Source of the DNA: a virus | Taxonomy: Duplodnaviria > Caudoviricetes | Strand: one strand, 5' to 3' | Virus record (IMG/VR): IMGVR_UViG_3300038315_001257 | Span: 1-37,234 of that record | Length of the DNA: 37,234 nt | Part shown: piece after piece, positions 23,742 to 31,853 of the stretch | Layout of the letters: each line of letters begins with the position of its first letter | How positions within the stretch are numbered: the first letter of the stretch is position 1 | Position numbers and translations under genes: made by a program | Notes under the pieces: model-generated | Told to the model about the DNA's origin: nothing | Database searches by the model: none | What the model saw: only the letters and a program-made list of their open reading frames with translations

Positions 23742-25753
23742 GTTGGTTGTAATGCACTAGGCGCTAGCGGTACTCGCGCACCTTCTGGTATTGTGGTCAA
23801 TGGATTCTCTGTTTTTGATACCGTAGGTGGGCCAGTAAGGGGTGTTTTTTCATCTGTTCCCGGCAATGCCGGTGCTGTTGCCGCAACTTGCATGGAAACT
23901 TTACGCGCCATATTCTCTTTGACTATATCCATGTGCGCATTCGCGTAATCAATCAGCTTTTGATAGGTTTCTTCATCTTCAATACCAATTTTATCTGTTG
24001 CAAAATCTAAAATCTTTTGTACAAACCCAGTTGTAGCGCCACGATTAAGTTTCACTTCTTTACCCGCTATAATCATCTGTATAGAGTCCGCGGCCTCTGA
24101 CATGATCTCACGTTCGCCTTCGTTTTCCGTGTCCATAGCAATGCGTATCTCTTCGTCATCAAAATCACTCTCTCTTAATATCGTCTCAAGCAACCATTTC
24201 GCACCCACAGCTCCTTGTGCCGCCGGATTGGATGCCATCAAATTAACAACCTTATCAGTTCCTTGCTGTCGATTCTTTTTCTTCACTTCGTTGATTCGCG
24301 CTTCAGCGCTACCGCCAGTAACCGTGATATTAAAATCACGCACAGGGTTAAGGTCTTCTTTTTTCAATTCATCCCACTCAACACCGCCAAGACCCACCAT
24401 CTTAACAAACATACTTTCAGATAAATGTTCTTTTAACCCCTCGTAATATCTCACGCCGATTTCCGTAAATGCTTGATTGTATGCTTTGCTTGTAAGCCCA
24501 ATGCGGTCCGCTACCTGTTGCAAGTTACCAAAATAAATACTCACCTTGTCTTCTTCAGATTGCCCTTTTGCATCCGGTGAAATCCCTGCTTCGACAGACA
24601 CAGCCTGTTTGACATAATCAATTAAGCGTATCGTTACGTTAGTCGTATCCGGCGTCTCAAACTTATACACGCCTTCTTGAATCTGACGACCTGCTGGTGG
24701 TGAACCCACAACTATTTGGTCTGGCTGCTTATAAATAAACTGCGACGGATCGGGAAAAAAATTAGAATCAATTACCCGCATATCCCAGTTGCGCTTGCGT
24801 AAGTTGTTAAGCCCTTCGTTTAAAGCAATCCGCGTAAACTCGTGTATTGGACGCATGTCATCTGCCGGCGCCTTGCTCCAAAACGCATAGTGATCCTCAT
24901 GCGTAGCCCAAGATACTATTGGGTACTTTTCTGATGGGTATAACTCCTTTAGTGGCTGAACACGCAACCATGATTTTGACTTGCTTTCAAAGAGAAGATA
25001 ATACCGCTTACCTCGATATGTTAAATACCACTCACAGAGTGTGAACAACGGCTCGCCTACGTAATTGTTCTGGGTCACAGTCTGTAATCTTAGCGAATCA
25101 TCGCGTTCAGCTCTTAGCCCTGCTTCGTCTTCAATGTCTTGGCTGGTTTTTTCGTCTTGGTTATCAACTAAATTTTGGACTTGTGAAGCATTATATAACC
25201 CCGTGCGCACACCTTCCTCAAGTTGAGATTTTGTCTTATAAACATTTTCCTTCCCATTGAATAAATGATTATCAAGTATGCTTCCTCCGCCGGGCTGACA
25301 ATGAAAATCCAAGTGATCTATCACATCAAAGTTAGACTTGTATTCCGGTGTGTTCTCTGCATGATACTGATAAATGCCTCGACCACTAAATAGTGCCATT
25401 TTCTTGGCCATGCGGTCTTTTCTGTCCCACTGGCCGTGATCTGGCGCACTATCCACTTCATGCGCTGCGGTAACTTTCATTGCTCGTTTTAAATCTGCTT
25501 CATCATTATGCCCAAAAATGACACTGACAGGCTCATCAATCTTTGAATGGAATGTGTCTACAAACCCACTCATAACAGGAATAGGGACATTGTATTGTCC
25601 TTGTAACGCCTTTTTAGCGCGGTTAGCATAATAGCGTTCGCTCAACAAAATCTCCCTCATACGCTCCTGCTTGTGATCCTGTGAGGCTTGGAGTTGGTTT
25701 CGTGCTACGTCTACCAGATCGTCGGCTAATTTTTTTGTGATTTCTTCAGCCAT
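23738..25753 (-). CDS. Portal protein (P22-like)
   Basis: ~670 aa after terL; ALFSGRGIY, YPIVSW, AGISPDAKG, FNITV, Pro-rich tail. ATG at 25753 preferred over TTG at 25759. Confidence 0.85.
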   Translation of the reverse strand: MAEEITKKLADDLVDVARNQLQASQDHKQERMREILLSERYYANRAKKALQGQYNVPIPVMSGFVDTFHSKIDEPVSVIFGHNDEADLKRAMKVTAAHEVDSAPDHGQWDRKDRMAKKMALFSGRGIYQYHAENTPEYKSNFDVIDHLDFHCQPGGGSILDNHLFNGKENVYKTKSQLEEGVRTGLYNASQVQNLVDNQDEKTSQDIEDEAGLRAERDDSLRLQTVTQNNYVGEPLFTLCEWYLTYRGKRYYLLFESKSKSWLRVQPLKELYPSEKYPIVSWATHEDHYAFWSKAPADDMRPIHEFTRIALNEGLNNLRKRNWDMRVIDSNFFPDPSQFIYKQPDQIVVGSPPAGRQIQEGVYKFETPDTTNVTIRLIDYVKQAVSVEAGISPDAKGQSEEDKVSIYFGNLQQVADRIGLTSKAYNQAFTEIGVRYYEGLKEHLSESMFVKMVGLGGVEWDELKKEDLNPVRDFNITVTGGSAEARINEVKKKNRQQGTDKVVNLMASNPAAQGAVGAKWLLETILRESDFDDEEIRIAMDTENEGEREIMSEAADSIQMIIAGKEVKLNRGATTGFVQKILDFATDKIGIEDEETYQKLIDYANAHMDIVKENMARKVSMQVAATAPALPGTDEKTPLTGPPTVSKTENPLTTIPEGARVPLAPSALQPT

Positions 25754-25757
25754 AAAC

Positions 25758-25864
25758 AAAAAAACACTCTCATTGAGTGCTATTTAGAGGGCCTAACGCA
25801 AGGAAGATGTACAGACCTTGCGTTAGGCGGACTCAAAACAACGCTCAACGCGGGTGTACATCTT
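25758..25864 (-). promoter_or_regulatory. Structured RNA leader of the portal gene (pseudoknot plus terminator/antiterminator)
   Basis: 13-bp perfect stem 25791-25803/25816-25828; loop 25804-25813 complementary to 25855-25864; CACTC/GAGTG hairpin followed by U7. Confidence 0.7.
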
Positions 25865-25890
25865 TTATTGGTTTTTCAATTATTCCCCCC

Positions 25891-26058
25891 TTATTTTTGT
25901 AGACTTTCTATCAATAAATTCAACTTTATACCTATTGATATTAAATGCACGTTAGTAATTAAAACATTTGCGGCAGGTTTGCTTGGCAATGCCTTTAACG
26001 TCCGTTCTGTTTTTTTGTTAACTTCTTCTAACCTTTCTGTTATTGTTTTTGTTTCCAT
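25891..26058 (-). CDS. Hypothetical 55-aa protein
   Basis: Manual translation METKTITERLEEV...LIESLQK. Confidence 0.5.
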   Translation of the reverse strand: METKTITERLEEVNKKTERTLKALPSKPAANVLITNVHLISIGIKLNLLIESLQK

Positions 26059-26224
26059 AGAAATTTAGTGTTCTATTCTCCAAACGATTTAAAACTCTCT
26101 GTGCTTTTGCAATGGTCATGTAATGCCGTATAACTTTTACGAATGGAAATTTCCAAGAGAATTTTACTGACTTTGATATTAAAATTCCTGTTTCTGATAA
26201 AGTTTTTGAATATAAATTTTCCAT
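26018..26224 (-). CDS. Hypothetical protein
   Basis: 68-aa ORF between terL and portal. Confidence 0.5.
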   Translation of the reverse strand: MENLYSKTLSETGILISKSVKFSWKFPFVKVIRHYMTIAKAQRVLNRLENRTLNFYGNKNNNRKVRRS

Positions 26225-26394
26225 ATCTACAAATCACTTACACAAGGCACAAGATTTTATGCCACAAAGGGCCAGCTCGTTTAAAACCATTAACGCCAAG
26301 GCAAAAAATTCATAGCTTACTTTTATAATTTGACGATGCTTATTATTTCGCTTGCTTGTGCCATTAACAAGATAAATCTTGTTCCCTGTATAAA

Positions 26395-27711
26395 TCACCC
26401 CTCATACTCACTCGTTGGCGTATGTGATGGTGGTGTCCATGTAGCTGTTACCTCATTACTCATTTGTTTTTCGACAAGAGCGGCATATCTATGAATATCT
26501 GCCTTGTGCGAAGTCCAGTCATGCAACGGCTTATCTTTGAAGCACCCTCGCTTGTCGTCCCACTCCTGCCGGTACTGTGAGATAGCGTCTACCCAAACAT
26601 CACACGCCGTCTCGTCAACCCATAATCTGCTAAAAAATAACTTTCCTTTTTCAATGCCAGCTTCGATTGATACGCTTGGCACTATTTCAAATTTCCAGCC
26701 AAACCCTTTTGCGGTGTCCCACCGTGACATGCCACTACTGATCTCTGTTTGTCTAATGTCATGCGGTGCAAAATGTTTTCCGTATACATAAGGCTTGTTT
26801 TTACACTCTCGTACCGCGTCCTTGATACCTTGCGTGTTCTGCCCTTCCCAGTAATCAATCATACGAACCTCATTCCCTACCTTCTGATAAAATCCAATTG
26901 AAAGTTTATTGCCTGTCCCTAAGTCCCACACATCATAGACTGGCAACTCCGTATCATATGGTACTTGTTTAATGCGTCCGTCCTGTCGCATTGCCTCAAG
27001 CTCTTGTGCGTAGTACGCGCCTTTGATTGCTGCCTCAAAGCTACAATGCCATTCTTGCATCAACTCGTCCGTTGTCATCTCGCCAATCTTCACCAAACGC
27101 TTATCGTCTTCATATGCTTGTCGCAGATTGTCTACAACCGGTCCGTTCTCATTCTTGAACGTATCTTCGATTGTCCGAAACACAGATAAATAGTCTTTGC
27201 TTTTTTGGGAATTTTGATAAGTTTTATAAAATTGATTTTTGCCTTTGGGTGTTCCAAGCCAGATATTGTACCCCAGATTATCGGCCAAGCATTTACTGAT
27301 AATCTCGCTGAATATATTGCTCGGTTGCTGACTGTTTTCGTCAAGTGCGCATCCATGTAATCCAAGACCTCGCAAGCTGTCGACATTCTCTGACCCGTAC
27401 AAAGTAAGAGATGATCCGTTCGGATATGCAACACTTAACTCTGATGCGTTGGCTCTAATCTGCGGGATAGGCTGTGCGTACTCCAGTAACATTTTCCAAG
27501 CTATGCGTTTCGCTTGCTTATACGTCGGGGCAATGTATGCGTAATCAGTCTTAGGCTTGCGTAGTGCGTCTCTTTGAAGGTGATTGATAACAGCGGTCGT
27601 CTTCCCTGCTCTGCGGTGAAGTACAAGAACATTCCATCGTTTCGTTGAATTGTGAAGCTCTAAGGCCCAATTGCGGGGTGTGTATGGTATGCTGATTATT
27701 CTTCCCTCCAT
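26395..27711 (-). CDS. terL: Terminase large subunit
   Basis: HRRAGKT (Walker A), YIAPTYKQA, LRG...LDE (Walker B), GTPKG, WDLG and HDWTSHKAD nuclease motifs. Confidence 0.95.
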   Translation of the reverse strand: MEGRIISIPYTPRNWALELHNSTKRWNVLVLHRRAGKTTAVINHLQRDALRKPKTDYAYIAPTYKQAKRIAWKMLLEYAQPIPQIRANASELSVAYPNGSSLTLYGSENVDSLRGLGLHGCALDENSQQPSNIFSEIISKCLADNLGYNIWLGTPKGKNQFYKTYQNSQKSKDYLSVFRTIEDTFKNENGPVVDNLRQAYEDDKRLVKIGEMTTDELMQEWHCSFEAAIKGAYYAQELEAMRQDGRIKQVPYDTELPVYDVWDLGTGNKLSIGFYQKVGNEVRMIDYWEGQNTQGIKDAVRECKNKPYVYGKHFAPHDIRQTEISSGMSRWDTAKGFGWKFEIVPSVSIEAGIEKGKLFFSRLWVDETACDVWVDAISQYRQEWDDKRGCFKDKPLHDWTSHKADIHRYAALVEKQMSNEVTATWTPPSHTPTSEYEG

Positions 27712-28018
27712 GTTATGGTAAGCGGGTTATCACTATCACCCCCTATAATCTGTTTAGGTTTTCCATCAATCATCTCTACAACATGCTTCTCGTTGTTCGG
27801 ATTGTCTAAATATCTTTTTCTAAATTTCTTTAAAGCCGTCGGATCATCGGCGAACATTCTTTTTATTTCTGTAATAACTGAAACCGCGCCGATTGGCCTA
27901 CCTTTTAGATTGATTCTTGGATCATTCTTCACAAACGGCTTGCCTCGCACCTTAACCTCACCATGCACTTTTTTGGGTGTTTTTACTGCGACGCTCTTTT
28001 TTTTTTATTTGTTTTCAT
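27696..28018 (-). CDS. terS: Terminase small subunit, apparently split by a -1 frameshift at an A10 run
   Basis: GKPFVKNDPRINLKGRP motif; overlaps terL. Main frame 27696-27968 has a GTG start; the likely ATG at 28018 is out of frame by one base. Confidence 0.7.
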
Positions 28019-28024
28019 AGATGA

Positions 28025-28357
28025 TTATTTTTTCTTATTAAACGTAACGTCTGGCAACTTTACCGTACCAAACTTCTCTACTTCACTGGCTACGGTTTCA
28101 AGCAACACCTCTAGTTTTTTGGGATCAAATTTCTCCTCGTAATTCTTCGTCACCATTTCGTTCAACACCATACAGACCAACTGGAATTTAAACGATGTAT
28201 TGCCGATCATTTTTAGTTCAGCTCCTCGCCGTCCTTGCTTGTACAAAAATATTAAATGGGGGATAGGTTCTTTCTCCTCGAACAGTTTGCTGATCTCATT
28301 CGCGATCTCTGTCCTGTACTGATTCTTTGCGAGTTGTTCAATTTCGTTTTGAGTCAT
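28025..28357 (-). CDS. Hypothetical protein upstream of terS
   Basis: 110-aa ORF, stop 6 nt before the terS ATG. Confidence 0.75.
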   Translation of the reverse strand: MTQNEIEQLAKNQYRTEIANEISKLFEEKEPIPHLIFLYKQGRRGAELKMIGNTSFKFQLVCMVLNEMVTKNYEEKFDPKKLEVLLETVASEVEKFGTVKLPDVTFNKKK

Positions 28358-28608
28358 AAAAAAACTTCGTATTATTTCATTTTGACAGTTTGTGCGGGCT
28401 TGTCAAGTCCTCTGGCACAAATAGGACAAAACTTTAATTCTCCTCGTATAACTGGGCGAATATTATTAGGAATAGCGATCTTTCCCCCCGGGCAAAAACG
28501 GTTCTGACAAAACCATGTACTATTCCAAAAATGATGTGTTAGTTTTTTTATCTTCATTTTTAAAAATAAAGTTATCCACACCCCTAAAAAATGGCTTATT
28601 TAGGGGGC

Positions 28609-28637
28609 TTGACAACATACGTATGTTGCGCTATACT
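28609..28637 (+). promoter_or_regulatory. Sigma70 promoter with 16-bp palindromic operator
   Basis: TTGACA-17-TATACT; CAACATACGTATGTTG at 28613-28628; DnaA box at 28572-28580. Confidence 0.85.
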
Positions 28638-28750
28638 AATAGTAGGAATAAGGAGAAGGAGCAACGACATATAGACACGGCCACAACATATACATTATGC
28701 GCCTGTCCCGTCCGCGCTCCTACTCCTCAAATCCTATCTAACACACTTGT

Positions 28751-28780
28751 ATTCTACGATAATTCTGTTGTAGATGTCAA
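28751..28780 (-). promoter_or_regulatory. Opposing sigma70 promoter
   Basis: TTGACA (28780-28775), 18 bp, TAGAAT (28756-28751). Confidence 0.55.
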
Positions 28781-28790
28781 GTAAAAAAAC

Positions 28791-29261
28791 ATGAAATATA
28801 CACTCGACGGAGTACAATACACCCGGAAAGAACTCGAAAAATACGCAGAAGATAATGGATTAAGTATCTATTGGGATTCAATCGCCGACGCAAACAAACT
28901 CGAAGAAGCGGAAATAATAAATCCAGAAAATCATCAACGAACGATAATGGCAATAATTCCCCAAGAAGACGCCCCCTACGAAGAAGCACGAAAAGACTTG
29001 TCTGTAACAAGCCAATACTATGACTGGAGCGATACGGCCGCAGATAGAGTGACGGACATTTTGGAGCATCTGATTGCAGAAGAAGAAGAAGATGAAGAAG
29101 AAATGGCTGAATTTGAAAAAACAGAATTAAAAGAAGCAATAAAAGAATACAATGAACAGGTGGACGCATACAATAACTATGGAGACGCAAAAAAACTGAC
29201 ATACAGAGAAGCCATAAAAAATCCCGAAGAAATGCAAAACACAATCGCGAATAACCTTTAA
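28791..29261 (+). CDS. Acidic hypothetical protein
   Basis: 156 aa, Asp/Glu-rich (EEEEDEEE); first gene after the promoter. Confidence 0.8.
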   Translation: MKYTLDGVQYTRKELEKYAEDNGLSIYWDSIADANKLEEAEIINPENHQRTIMAIIPQEDAPYEEARKDLSVTSQYYDWSDTAADRVTDILEHLIAEEEEDEEEMAEFEKTELKEAIKEYNEQVDAYNNYGDAKKLTYREAIKNPEEMQNTIANNL

Positions 29262-29262
29262 T

Positions 29263-29637
29263 ATGACTTTCACAGAAAAAGAAAAAATCAAAAGGCTACG
29301 AGCAAAAGGACAAACATATCAAGAGATAGCAGACACATATCATGTAACAAGACAGCGAATCCACCAGATTGTTATGGAATACAAATCAAAAAACGGAAAA
29401 TACATACCACGCAAAGATCTAAACCCACAAGAAAAAAAAGAAAAAAGAAAGAAATATTTATCAAAATATTTCAAAAAAGAAAAATGGAAAAAGTATAGAA
29501 AACAATTCCGCGTAAAAAATCGAACACGAATCAAAAAATACGCGAAACAATACTACTCCAAAAACAAATGGGAAATAAGCCACAAAAATAATCCTACAAT
29601 CAAACACAATTCCAAAGCGAATTGTCCATATTGTTAA
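29263..29637 (+). CDS. HTH DNA-binding protein (sigma70 region-4-like) with basic tail
   Basis: GQTYQEIADTYHVTRQRIHQIV. Confidence 0.8.
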   Translation: MTFTEKEKIKRLRAKGQTYQEIADTYHVTRQRIHQIVMEYKSKNGKYIPRKDLNPQEKKEKRKKYLSKYFKKEKWKKYRKQFRVKNRTRIKKYAKQYYSKNKWEISHKNNPTIKHNSKANCPYC

Positions 29638-29745
29638 CTCCCCTCCGCCATCCGCCTCATGCCAATAAAGAGGTATGCGCGTACAGCGTATGAATCTGTT
29701 GGGCGACCATGAGCGCGGATGGTGGTGGAGAGAATCATTTTTACC

Positions 29746-29898
29746 ATGCTATCAAAAATCAAATGCCCGCATTGCGGAGAAAAAATCAATCCGGCGTCAC
29801 TTCTCGCTAAAGAGCAACATCGTCATTCACCTCGCCCTAGGTCTTATTATAGAGCCATGGGAAAAAAATCAGCGCAAATAAAAAAGAGAGCTGCATAA
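29746..29898 (+). CDS. 50-aa basic protein with CxxC (not in ORF track)
   Basis: MLSKIKCPHCGEKINPASLL...YYRAMGKKSAQIKKRAA. Confidence 0.6.
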   Translation: MLSKIKCPHCGEKINPASLLAKEQHRHSPRPRSYYRAMGKKSAQIKKRAA

Positions 29899-29915
29899 CG
29901 CCTCTCTTTTTTATT
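29877..29915. terminator. Bidirectional intrinsic terminator
   Basis: AATAAAAAAGAGAG-11nt-CTCTCTTTTTTATT between convergent units. Confidence 0.8.
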
Positions 29916-30070
29916 CACGTTTTTTCTTAATGGCAAAATTTGATGTTGTATCCAATGATACCAAAATGCAAAATCAGTATAACAATTTCAAGAATTAGGA
30001 TTATATCAAGCTCTCTTTTTGTTTCATCGTTATTTACGTTTGCGTTTTTTGTCATACTGGAACACTAGCA

Positions 30071-30151
30071 TAGCGAGGCTCTCGAGTCGAACGAGTCTTC
30101 CTAGATCCTTTCTAGGTGTGCATCTTCCCCTACTCACACTCACGCCTGCCA
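30071..30151 (-). ncRNA. tRNA-like cloverleaf (non-canonical / pseudo-tRNA)
   Basis: T-arm CTCG-TTCGACT-CGAG, anticodon-like arm CCTAG-AAAGGAT-CTAGG, D-like stem GTGT/GCAC, bulged acceptor-like stem; lacks U33 and CCA. Confidence 0.55.
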
Positions 30152-30169
30152 TACTTTCTCACTGGTTTT

Positions 30170-30457
30170 TTATTCGCACGACTGGACACCTGAGTCACGA
30201 TCCTCGGAATGATCTCGCAACTCTTTGGGAAAATGAGACCCCAAAACCTCTAAACATTTACCAACCCACATCTTTGCTTCTTGTAACTTCGTGCGCACCA
30301 ATGCCATTTCGCGTGCATACTGTGGCGAACCTACTAACACATGCTCTGCCTTTAGAATATTCGCATCAATTTTCGTTCTGAATTTGTGCAATTCTCCTTC
30401 CTCTTGAGTTTTCTCTCTTTGAGTCTCGTCCCCGTCATTGTGTTGTGTATTCTCCAT
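30170..30457 (-). CDS. Small helical-hairpin protein, possibly Acb2/Tad1-like
   Basis: REMALVRTKLQEAKMW resembles the RExSLxxTKLEEAxMW hairpin motif; family call uncertain. Confidence 0.55.
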   Translation of the reverse strand: MENTQHNDGDETQREKTQEEGELHKFRTKIDANILKAEHVLVGSPQYAREMALVRTKLQEAKMWVGKCLEVLGSHFPKELRDHSEDRDSGVQSCE

Positions 30458-30676
30458 ATTTTTTTCTTGTTAGATAGAATATACAAGTAAAATTTAAAAC
30501 CAGTATACTCAACAAACAAAAGATTAAATTACAAAATTTCTAGTTTTAAAATCGTATGACGTGCGCACTACATCTGTGGTAGCAGGTAACCCACGAGATG
30601 CCACAAACAGGCAACGCATGTGTTGTTATCCACACCGCATACTGCCCTATGCGCACGCCATGTAATTTTAAGTATT

Positions 30677-31642
30677 TTATTTTTCATATAATTTTTGAAT
30701 TATTGCTTTTGCCACGTTTACTGTTACCGCATTACCGTAAACTTTATAAGCCTGTGTATCTGAAAGTCCTTCATGCCAATCATCAGGGAAGCCTTGCAAC
30801 CTTGCACATTCTACGGGAGTAAGACGACGGATTCTTTGATCTATTCGTACACCGCTTGTCTGGCTTGCGTCTACGGTAAAAGCATAGTCTCCTTTAATGT
30901 TCTTTTGGTTACGGTTTAGGTATCTTATTAATGGCTGTCTTTGTATAAAAGGCTGTCTATTTCCGCCTTGCGTTGTGTTGAGTGTAGGGGTTAAACGACG
31001 TATTTGCGGTTCTCTGACAAGGATCATTCCGCTATGCCACTCTCCTGCACCCCTTGCCGTAAGTGTGGGGCTTTTAACGGATTTTGCTGACTTTTCCAGT
31101 TTTGCATCATTTCTTTTTGTTTCTCCGATAGGAAATACTTGTCGTCTACTCGATCCTCTAAGATATCCAATAATGAACACTCTTTCCCTGTTCTGCGGGA
31201 CTCCGAAATTTTTGCTGTTAAGCACACACCATTCACAGTCATACCCCAGCTCATCAAGCGTTCCGATGATCGTCGCAAAGGTATTGCCCTTATCATGCGA
31301 CAGAAGTCCTTTGACGTTCTCAAGGAGTAAATTTTTAGGTCTTTTAGCTTTCGCAATTCGGGCGATCTCAAAAAACAAAGTGCCTCTTGTATCTTTAAAT
31401 CCTCGTCGCTTGCCAGCAATTGAAAAACTCTGGCAAGGGAATCCCGCAGTGAGAAGATCAAAGGCTGGTAATTTGGAAACATTGATCTTTGTGCAGTCTC
31501 TATAGTTTTTGTGTTGTGGGAAATGTTTTTCATAAACTTGAATTGCGTATTTGTCAATTTCGGAGTAACCAACACAGACACCTTTATTTCCTATACCTAA
31601 GCTGAATCCACCTATCCCCGAAAACATATCAAAATATTTCAT
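30677..31642 (-). CDS. dcm: C5 cytosine DNA methyltransferase
   Basis: FSGIGG, GFPCQ, ENV, QNRERVF, RRLTPVECARLQGFPD, GNAV. Confidence 0.95.
   Translation of the reverse strand: MKYFDMFSGIGGFSLGIGNKGVCVGYSEIDKYAIQVYEKHFPQHKNYRDCTKINVSKLPAFDLLTAGFPCQSFSIAGKRRGFKDTRGTLFFEIARIAKAKRPKNLLLENVKGLLSHDKGNTFATIIGTLDELGYDCEWCVLNSKNFGVPQNRERVFIIGYLRGSSRRQVFPIGETKRNDAKLEKSAKSVKSPTLTARGAGEWHSGMILVREPQIRRLTPTLNTTQGGNRQPFIQRQPLIRYLNRNQKNIKGDYAFTVDASQTSGVRIDQRIRRLTPVECARLQGFPDDWHEGLSDTQAYKVYGNAVTVNVAKAIIQKLYEK
31024..31581 (-). CDS. Alternative-frame ORF nested in dcm (EcoHK31I beta-like)
   Basis: 185 open codons in the same direction, containing SESRRTGKECSLLDILEDRVDDKYFLS; true start uncertain. Confidence 0.5.
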   Translation of the reverse strand: MSVLVTPKLTNTQFKFMKNISHNTKTIETAQRSMFPNYQPLIFSLRDSLARVFQLLASDEDLKIQEALCFLRSPELRKLKDLKIYSLRTSKDFCRMIRAIPLRRSSERLMSWGMTVNGVCLTAKISESRRTGKECSLLDILEDRVDDKYFLSEKQKEMMQNWKSQQNPLKAPHLRQGVQESGIAE

Positions 31643-31646
31643 AGAG

Positions 31647-31763
31647 CTAACGCAAACCTTTCAATAAAATAACCAATAACATTGCAAAAGGTAGCCAAGC
31701 TATCACAGCTATGATTATCGACGCTATCACAACTAACAAATTTAGTATCGGTGTTTGTTTCAT
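31647..31763 (-). CDS. 38-aa hydrophobic membrane peptide
   Basis: MKQTPILNLLVVIASIIIAVIAWLPFAMLLVILLKGLR. Confidence 0.55.
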   Translation of the reverse strand: MKQTPILNLLVVIASIIIAVIAWLPFAMLLVILLKGLR

Positions 31764-31853
31764 ATTTTTTTAAAAAATCCTCATATACCGTTTGCCTAAC
31801 TTACACTTTTTGTTTGGCTGACTGACTGTAAGGTTTACGCGCATAATGAAGAT

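Noticed and set aside
7098-27189. Many plus-strand ORFs in the track (e.g. 11944-12417, 19978-20448, 22332-22736)
   Set aside because: Antisense shadows of the minus-strand structural genes, with no motifs.
28372-28581. ORF 28372-28581, and similarly 3362-3571 and 3420-3602
   Set aside because: They run across promoter, terminator and DnaA-box DNA, and have no recognisable motifs.
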